From assembly GCA_001029775.1 (NCBI GenBank), contig CP011215.1:123187-187186 (forward strand): DNA of 64,000 nt, read 5' to 3'. Made by a program: the position numbers and the translations under genes. The notes beneath the pieces are model-generated. The model was given only the letters and a program-made list of their open reading frames with translations, ran no database searches and was not told the DNA's origin. Each line of letters starts with the position of its first letter. Within the stretch, counting starts at the first letter, position 1. This document shows positions 58,205 to 64,000 of this stretch, one piece after another. Origin of the DNA: Candidatus Campbellbacteria bacterium GW2011_OD1_34_28 (GTDB lineage Bacteria > Patescibacteriota > Minisyncoccia > Phycocordibacterales > UBA12079).

Positions 58205-58929
58205 TTTTCTTTGTGCGGATAGGACAGAAGAGAATCGGCGCCAGTTCTAAATATTTTGTTCGTCACTCGACAAGCTCGTGACTTCAAAATATTAAGAACT
58301 CGCTGCCTCGCTCGCCTGCCTGCCGGCAGGCAGGCTCGTGTTCGTCGGGCAAAGCCCTCCTCCATACTTCACTCGTTTCGATTCTCCCTATTCGCTACAA
58401 AAACCAAAGACCCAAAAGCTGCCGCTTTTGGGTCTAGGTTTTTGTGCGGATAGAATAGATGAGAATCGGTCACGAATCACTAAGTCTTTTGTTCACCCTT
58501 CACTTCGTTACGGGTTCCAAAAGTCTAAGTGTTCTCGACCCCGGCTCGCCTTCTCGCTTCGCTCGATATGGCTCCGCCTTTCGATTCTCCACGAAAAGCA
58601 AGCAGTTGCTTTTCTCTATCCGAACAGCACAAAGTGAAAACCACCCTATTCGGGTGGTTCACTTTGGCTGTGCGGATAGGATAGATGAGAATCGGTCTCC
58701 AGTTCTAAGTAAAAATTTCGTTTTCGCTTCGCTTCAACTCATTTTTACTAAGAACTCGCGACCCCGCTCGCTCAGATTTTTTCTCCACCCTGCCTCTTTT
58801 CTGAAAGAAAAGCAACGACACGGTAGGCAGGTTCGTTACGAAAAAATATACTTCGCTCGTTTCGATTCTCCCTATTCGCTACAAAAATATATTACGAAAA
58901 AGCTAGTCGCTTTTTCTCCATTATTTTTG
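58205..58929. repeat. Three tandem units of about 230-260 bp of the composite repeat family. Each begins with a copy of the tRNA-Gly 3' end (ttgtgcggatagga.agaRgagaatcgg at 58211, 58443, 58669) and ends with an inverted copy (cgattctcc...ctatccg...caca). Units carry the GC palindrome (58306-58325) or its split variant (58789-58831).
   Basis: Direct comparison with the tRNA-Gly gene at 58930-59000 (tgtgcggatagggagaatcgaac). Unit interiors match 5460-5545 and 16840-16925 (gtcacgaatcactaagtcttttgttc...cgaccccg) and 17195-17255 (gagaatcggtctccagttctaagt). Confidence 0.75.
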
Positions 58930-59000
58930 TGCGGATAGGGAGAATCGAACTCCCGACTCATCCTTGGCAAGGACGTATTTTACCACTAAACCATATCCGC
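58930..59000 (-). tRNA. tRNA-Gly (anticodon GCC); no encoded CCA.
   Basis: Reverse complement reads GCGGATATGGTTTAGTGGTAAAATACGTCCTTGCCAAGGATGAGTCGGGAGTTCGATTCTCCCTATCCGCA. Acceptor GCGGATA/TATCCGC, anticodon loop TTGCCAA, T-arm GGGAG-TTCGATT-CTCCC. Confidence 0.8.
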
Positions 59001-59158
59001 GATTATTCAGTTTTTAGTCATTAGTTTTTAGTGTTTAGAGATAGTAAATAAAAAAACAAAAACTAACATCAACCAGTATAAGATATTTTGGGCTTTTTTT
59101 CAAATTTAAAAACCCCCGGATATGCTTTACGCATACAACCGAAGGGTTTGTTTGTGCC

Positions 59159-59362
59159 CTATTTTTCAAGGGCTTTTTTCTTTATGTGGTCGCCGAGACC
59201 ATGCGAGAGATTCCTCGCACAAATCGCGGAAACCGCACTTTTTGTGGCTACGGCACGAAGATCATCGTCCCGTTCGGCCAATTCGACTTGGGCCTGTGCA
59301 GATTCCTCTGCACTTCCATTTCGAATGACAGAGTACAACTCCTCGCGTGTCTTCTTTTTCAT
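59159..59362 (-). CDS. Hypothetical 67-aa helical protein, second gene of a GC-rich two-gene island.
   Basis: Lies 10 bp downstream of the 59373-60128 gene in a local GC spike (about 50% against about 33% for the window). Confidence 0.45.
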   Translation of the reverse strand: MKKKTREELYSVIRNGSAEESAQAQVELAERDDDLRAVATKSAVSAICARNLSHGLGDHIKKKALEK

Positions 59363-59372
59363 ACAAACCTCC

Positions 59373-60128
59373 TTAAAAAAAATCGGTGATTTTTGAAGTA
59401 TATTTACGATCCAACTGCTCGTAATATTTCTCTTCGCCAGTCAGTACTGCGAGTACAAACAATGTTCTCGCACACGGTCGTCGCCGGAGACATTCGTCCA
59501 CAACCCCAACCGTATCAAGACCAAGCTCTGCCATCGGGCCACAGATGTTTTCCTGCACCAACGACATGCTAGGACACATTTCCTCTGCTTCCCACAGGAG
59601 GTCCAACTTTTTCCGCGGGTTGGTTTCCGTGTGTGACTCTGATACCGTCACCGCAGAGGCAACTCCTTCCCAAATCGGGAATGTTGCTACTTCTGGATGA
59701 AAAATATCACAACCCAGTTGAATACTCAACGGTTCAAATTGCTGTCCGTCTATCACAACCACAAGATGTGGTTCTTCATACATGAGCAATTCACTCATGA
59801 ATGAAGGATCCAAACTCTTGGATCGATTCTCGAACAGCATCTGAACCATCATTTCCGCTAAATAGTTTCTGCGAACCTCCCCCAACTCCACACGAGCTGA
59901 AGGGAAATGTTTTTCAACAACCGCTGCCGCCTGAGCTGCACGCCCGAGACAGCTTCGCTTGTCAACTGAAAGATTCAGTTTAACAAACTCCTCTTGGCTA
60001 TATTGCAGACTAACCGCAGATACGCCAAAATTGATTGTTTTCAGAGTTTCCGTTGGAGTATCTCTCTCGACATACTCCAACGACTCTATCCCAACATATG
60101 CCAGCCTTTTCGCCGTTAAAGCATCCAT
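59373..60128 (-). CDS. Hypothetical 251-aa protein, first gene of the GC-rich island next to the tRNA-Gly repeat array.
   Basis: Start MDALTAKR has GGAGG 7 nt upstream; the ORF-track extra MWRFF merely translates that SD. No motif recognised. Confidence 0.5.
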   Translation of the reverse strand: MDALTAKRLAYVGIESLEYVERDTPTETLKTINFGVSAVSLQYSQEEFVKLNLSVDKRSCLGRAAQAAAVVEKHFPSARVELGEVRRNYLAEMMVQMLFENRSKSLDPSFMSELLMYEEPHLVVVIDGQQFEPLSIQLGCDIFHPEVATFPIWEGVASAVTVSESHTETNPRKKLDLLWEAEEMCPSMSLVQENICGPMAELGLDTVGVVDECLRRRPCARTLFVLAVLTGEEKYYEQLDRKYTSKITDFF

Positions 60129-60381
60129 AAAAAACCTCCACAAAGAAAATTATGTATGTAAATGTTCTGTTATTACCCTTTTACAATTATATAACAAATT
60201 CAATCTAGTGTCAATCTATGTGGCTGAATTCTAACTTGAATGTAAACTGGCATAAACCGCCCGAATAGAGTGGTTTTCACTTTATAAACTTTAAAAACTT
60301 TTACTTATTGACACAAACAGTCAAAAAAAGTAGTCTCTATGATAGAAACCGCCTGTTTAAATATATTTAACAACCGAGGAG

Positions 60382-60735
60382 ATGTTTATGGGCAACCAGA
60401 TCAAAGTCACCTATGTCTTGTGGGTGGGGGTCGTTTTAAGTATAGACGAACCCCCTTTTCCAAATACACCCGGTTTATTAGGATTAGGTGGAAGCGAATT
60501 TCTTGATGAAATTAAAAGAAAGAAACTTGATTTTTCAATCATAGACTCCGGCTCTCTTGGAGTCATAATAGAAAAAACTGAGTGGGAAAATAAGATTGGA
60601 AAGAAAAACAGATTCAACCTCAGCAATCTTTCCAAAGCAGAAAGGGTCTGCAAAAGAATAAACAAAATCTTCGCAGAATTTAATATTTCATTAGATGCTA
60701 AAATTTATCATCATACAGAAATAAAATTGATATAA
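60382..60735 (+). CDS. Hypothetical protein.
   Basis: 117-aa ORF; terminator downstream (aaaagggcttcgcaagaagcccgttttttt). Confidence 0.4.
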   Translation: MFMGNQIKVTYVLWVGVVLSIDEPPFPNTPGLLGLGGSEFLDEIKRKKLDFSIIDSGSLGVIIEKTEWENKIGKKNRFNLSNLSKAERVCKRINKIFAEFNISLDAKIYHHTEIKLI

Positions 60736-61037
60736 ATAAGCACAACAAATAATAAAAGGGCTTCGCAAGAAGCCCGTTTTTTTATTTGCTATCTTCCTTC
60801 AAAATTACAAAATCTACGCGACCGCGTAAATTTTGTAATTTATTTTAAGATTCCTTTTATTCGTATTTTTAAATTATAAAATTTATTTCTAAAACCTTGT
60901 CACAAATCTGAAAATTATAATTTCTCCATTTAATCTTTCACATATTTCATATCCTTGATAAAAATATATTTATAGATATAATTAAATTAGGTTAGATCTT
61001 GAAGTTTCCAAAAATATGTAAACATGCGGAGGTGCAA

Positions 61038-61160
61038 ATGGGATCGATGGCCGGAAGCAAAGGGGGCATAAGGGGAAAGTTTAAAGAAGATCTGAAAAAA
61101 TTGAGGAAACAAAAAAATGAACCGGCGACAAAAAGCGCCAAAGGGGGAGCCAAAAAATAG
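61038..61160 (+). CDS. Small basic Lys/Gly-rich protein (40 aa), possibly a KGG-repeat stress-protein-like peptide. Not in the ORF track.
   Basis: Hand translation: MGSMAGSKGGIRGKFKEDLKKLRKQKNEPATKSAKGGAKK. Strong SD GCGGAGGTG 5 nt upstream; clean terminator immediately after (aatagggggcttgcccctatttttttatttt). Confidence 0.45.
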   Translation: MGSMAGSKGGIRGKFKEDLKKLRKQKNEPATKSAKGGAKK

Positions 61161-61229
61161 GGGCTTGCCCCTATTTTTTTATTTTAGTTTTTCTACTCAC
61201 TACCCACTACCTGCCAGCAGGCAGGCCCA

Positions 61230-61961
61230 CTAATTAATATTTTTTCCCATAAAAACTTTTTCCAAAATATCACTATTCGTAATATTTTTTGCTGTATCTT
61301 TCGCCACAACCTTTCCTTTATCCAAAACATAAGCACGGTCAGCAACACTTAGAAGAGATTTGATGTTGTGTTCAACTATCATAATTGCTGTTTTGTGTTT
61401 CAAATTTATTTCTTTTATCTTTTCAAAAACTTCTTTAACAACCTTTGGAGCCAGCCCCAAAGAAGGCTCGTCCAAAAGTAAAATTTTTGGATCGGTCATC
61501 AAGCCTCTGGCCAGTGCTAACATTTGTTGTTGCCCACCAGACAAAGTGCCAGACTTTTGTTTTCTTTTTTGTCTTAAAATAGGAAACATCTCCATCATCT
61601 CGTTTATTCTTCTTTTCAATTCTTCTTTATCATTCACGGTAAAACCACCGATCTCCAAATTTTCTTCGACTGTTAAGTGAGAAAAAACCCTCCTTCCTTG
61701 TGGAACAAAAGAAATTCCCTTTTGAATTATTTTGTGCGGAATAGGAATTATTTCATCTTCGTGCCACAAAATTTTTCCAGATTCTATCGGAGCAAGTCCA
61801 AAAAGTGCTTTTAAAACGGTTGATTTGCCTGCGCCGTTTGGACCCATCAAAGCGACGATTTCCCCCTCATCCAGGGCAATATCAACACCATCAAGAGCCT
61901 TCACTCCTCCATAGTGAACTGCAATATTTTTAAGTTGTAATAGTGTTTCGCTATCGTTCAT
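61230..61961 (-). CDS. livF: ABC transporter ATP-binding protein, branched-chain amino acid (LivF-type).
   Basis: Walker A GPNGAGKST, signature LSGGQQQML, Walker B LLLDEPSLGLAP, and a LivF-like H-loop; 243 aa. Confidence 0.8.
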   Translation of the reverse strand: MNDSETLLQLKNIAVHYGGVKALDGVDIALDEGEIVALMGPNGAGKSTVLKALFGLAPIESGKILWHEDEIIPIPHKIIQKGISFVPQGRRVFSHLTVEENLEIGGFTVNDKEELKRRINEMMEMFPILRQKRKQKSGTLSGGQQQMLALARGLMTDPKILLLDEPSLGLAPKVVKEVFEKIKEINLKHKTAIMIVEHNIKSLLSVADRAYVLDKGKVVAKDTAKNITNSDILEKVFMGKNIN

Positions 61962-62052
61962 GATTTATGGTTTAAGAATATCCTATTTTTATTCATAAAT
62001 CAAAAACCACCAATACTGGTGGTTTTTGATTTTAAATCCTAAATCTTGTTTA

Positions 62053-63129
62053 CTATTTGATATCTACAAGTTTTCCTCCTTTCCATTCTTGAATCAATGT
62101 TTCAAATTCTGCAATATGGTTATTAAAACCGACAAATCCGATTAAGCTTTCTGCTTTGGTCTTGTCCATTTTTTTAACGACACAACTCATATCATTTTCA
62201 CAATCATCCAATGCATTAACCATTTGTTTTGTGTGGAAATAAGCTTGTGCTATTGCCTGATAACTACCTACTGTCTTTCCTGGAAACTCAGCATTTATTT
62301 TTTCAACAAACTCAGCACTTACTGTTGGCAATCCAAACATAACAGAGTTTTCAAGTAGTTCAGAATAATCTTCAATGATATCTGGTGAAATAATTTCAGA
62401 CAAACCAACAAAAGTAGAATCTATACCCATTTCTCTCATATTTTTCAAAGAAGCCAATGTTTCTGGTTGAAATGAAATATTAAACACAGCGCCAATATCG
62501 TCAGATTTTATTTTCAACAAGTGTGTCTTGAAATCTGTTTCTCCTGCATTATATTCCTCAACCAAAACATTATTTTCTCCAAAAACATTTTTTATACCGC
62601 TTAAACACAAATCTCCAAATTCAAGATTCATTTTTAATACACCTACTTTACTTATCCCTCTATTTTTAATCAGACTAGCGGTTTCGCCACAACTCTTTTC
62701 ATAATCAAGATAAGTTTTGTAAATATTTTGTCCCTCTTGAAGAGGAGAAACTGGAGCAGCGTTATACAAGTGCAGAACATTTTTGTCTTTCAAAAAAGAA
62801 CTTACTGCAATAGCTGCTGGATTAAATTCGCTATAAATAGCATTTACACCATTTATATTAACCAACTTCTGGGCCGAACTTAATGCTACCTTTGGATCAA
62901 GTTGTCCGTCTTCAATCACAAACTCTACATTTATTCCTTCTTCTGCAAGATCTTTTTGGGCCAACTCAATTCCCATTTTAGTTGATTCACCCCAATAAGC
63001 GACTCCGCCTGTTAGAGGTGTAATAACACCTACTTTTATTAAACTATCGTCAGATTTGAAATTGTTAAATGCAAATATCAATATCAAAACAATAATAACC
63101 AACACAACCAAACTTTTTAAATAACTCAT
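62053..63129 (-). CDS. ABC transporter substrate-binding protein, Leu/Ile/Val-binding (Peripla_BP_6) family, membrane-anchored.
   Basis: N-terminal TM/signal anchor, then IKVGVITPLTGGVAYWGESTKMGIELA, typical of LivJ/LivK-type SBPs. Confidence 0.7.
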   Translation of the reverse strand: MSYLKSLVVLVIIVLILIFAFNNFKSDDSLIKVGVITPLTGGVAYWGESTKMGIELAQKDLAEEGINVEFVIEDGQLDPKVALSSAQKLVNINGVNAIYSEFNPAAIAVSSFLKDKNVLHLYNAAPVSPLQEGQNIYKTYLDYEKSCGETASLIKNRGISKVGVLKMNLEFGDLCLSGIKNVFGENNVLVEEYNAGETDFKTHLLKIKSDDIGAVFNISFQPETLASLKNMREMGIDSTFVGLSEIISPDIIEDYSELLENSVMFGLPTVSAEFVEKINAEFPGKTVGSYQAIAQAYFHTKQMVNALDDCENDMSCVVKKMDKTKAESLIGFVGFNNHIAEFETLIQEWKGGKLVDIK

Positions 63130-63217
63130 AAATTTATACTAATAATTAATAATCTTTTAATAATCATATATTTTTGTAAAAAACATAATATTGATTTTGA
63201 TATTAGTATAATCTATA

Positions 63218-64000
63218 ATGAGTGAGTGGCAAACACCACCACTGAAACAAGCTGTGTATAACGAAATATTTGAACAATTAGGCCTATCAAAGAATGAGGC
63301 AAAAATATATGAAACCCTTTTAAGAGAGGGTGTTTCTCCTGTTAGTCATATATCTTTAAAAGCGAATATTCACAGAAGAAATGTGTATGATTCAATCAAC
63401 AGACTGATAGAAAAAGGGTTTGTCTTTGAAATTGTCCAAAAAAATGAGAACAACTACAAAGCGGTCAATCCTGATAAGTTGATGGAGTTGATCAAAGAAA
63501 AAGAAGAGATGCTCTCAAAAATAATGCCCGATATAAAAAAATTATATAAGAACAAACCACACCACGAAGATGTCTGTATTTATAAAGGAATTGAGGGTTG
63601 GAAAAACTACATGAAAGATGTTTTGACAACAGGAGAAGATTTGTACACTTTGGGAGGAAAAGGAGCATGGTCAGACAAAAGATTGGATAAATTTTCCGAA
63701 CATATCATTTCAGAATTTAAGAAAAAAGGTATAAAGACGATGGCTTTGTTTGATTATGAAGTGAAAGAGAAAAATTCAGAAATAACAAAAAAAATGAAAG
63801 GTAATTATAAAATATTACCAAAACAATACTCAACATCATCAGCAATAGATATTTTCGGAGATCATATTGTAATTGTATCCGACATTAGCTTGGAAAAAAT
63901 TGATGAAAATTCTTCTTTTACTGTAATAATAAATAAAGATATTGCAGATGCTCTCAGGATCTGGTTTAAATTGATCTGGAATTCTATACCAGAACAAAAA
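63218..64000 (+). CDS. Second TrmB family transcriptional regulator; its C-terminus runs off the window.
   Basis: Hand translation from the ATG at 63218: MSEWQTPPLKQAVYNEIFEQLGLSKNEAKIYETLLREGVSPVSHISLKANIHRRNVYDSINRLIEKGFV..., with the same wHTH-plus-coiled-linker layout as 53348-54088. Absent from the ORF track only because of the window edge. Confidence 0.6.
   Translation, partial: MSEWQTPPLKQAVYNEIFEQLGLSKNEAKIYETLLREGVSPVSHISLKANIHRRNVYDSINRLIEKGFVFEIVQKNENNYKAVNPDKLMELIKEKEEMLSKIMPDIKKLYKNKPHHEDVCIYKGIEGWKNYMKDVLTTGEDLYTLGGKGAWSDKRLDKFSEHIISEFKKKGIKTMALFDYEVKEKNSEITKKMKGNYKILPKQYSTSSAIDIFGDHIVIVSDISLEKIDENSSFTVIINKDIADALRIWFKLIWNSIPEQK

Noticed and set aside
58205-58929. Possible CRISPR array (regularly spaced repeats next to a tRNA)
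   Set aside because: Units are about 230-260 bp, not 25-40 bp repeats with unique spacers. The conserved parts are tRNA-end copies and a composite repeat, and there are no cas genes in the window.
58156-58938. ORFs across the tRNA-Gly repeat array (58156-58365 -, 58256-58453 +, 58338-58637 +, 58459-58938 +)
   Set aside because: Same reason: they read through tandem non-coding repeat units and tRNA-end copies.
1-64000. Integrase, transposase or recombinase, expected from the att-like duplications and MITE-like elements
   Set aside because: I looked through all ORF translations for tyrosine/serine recombinase or DDE/HUH signatures (R..H..R..Y box, YxxR, HUH) and found none; the elements appear non-autonomous within this window.
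1-64000. rRNA genes or the classic structured leaders before housekeeping genes (riboswitches, T-boxes)
   Set aside because: No stretch resembles 16S/23S/5S conserved blocks. Intergenic regions before metabolic genes are AT-rich promoters or the repeat families described; I did not recognise any known riboswitch consensus.

Overview
The window is AT-rich (roughly one-third GC by eye), gene-dense, and mostly encoded on the minus strand. Its gene content suggests a small-genome bacterium, possibly Patescibacteria/CPR-like (competence and pilus genes, housekeeping genes, short proteins, few metabolic genes); this lineage call is an inference from content only. Recognisable housekeeping genes are recG, ftsH, smpB plus a tmRNA, recJ, pgk, tpiA, nusA, tig, clpP, a family II pyrophosphatase, rny, hup, rnhA, two HIT proteins and two TrmB-type regulators. 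There is a complete type IV pilus / competence set: pilM (runs off the 5' edge), comFC, comEC, then pilB, pilC and three prepilins in one minus-strand run. That run is co-oriented with a large beta-helix-like membrane protein and two giant paralogous surface proteins. Both giants have the same layout (signal peptide, N-terminal domain, a closely spaced pair of TM helices, then an array of a roughly 60-aa four-cysteine repeat I do not recognise) and share a near-identical 25-aa C-terminus ending ...IEF. A third, GC-rich secreted protein carries one copy of the same repeat. I consider this pilus-linked surface-protein set the most likely candidate for a novel system.

Three RNA genes were found by eye: tRNA-Ser(GCU), an unusual tRNA-Ile(UAU), and tRNA-Gly(GCC), plus the tmRNA. 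All except the tRNA-Ile sit next to arrays of a composite non-coding repeat family. Each unit starts with a copy of the adjacent tRNA or tmRNA 3' end and ends with an inverted copy of it. At tRNA-Gly there are three tandem units of about 230 bp. No integrase is present in the window.

Other repeat families:
- A GC-rich 20-bp perfect palindrome, CCTGCCTGCCGGCAGGCAGG, occurs in at least 8 copies, two of them as a split variant with an identical insert.
- A long palindromic element with a conserved central hairpin (cgaattttgcc/ggcaaaattcg, with compensatory substitutions) lies directly upstream of nusA, tig and ppaC; a diverged fourth copy occurs elsewhere.
- Three MITE-like elements have CCCGTTAGA terminal inverted repeats; two abut start codons.
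- A hairpin block of about 48 bp occurs twice, flanking a phage-like module (RusA, an XRE-HTH plus ImmA/IrrE pair, and two small paralogous proteins) near tRNA-Ser.
- A GC-rich two-gene island lies next to the tRNA-Gly repeat array.

No CRISPR array, rRNA or integrase was found. All calls come from reading the sequence and the supplied ORF translations; nothing was searched against any database.
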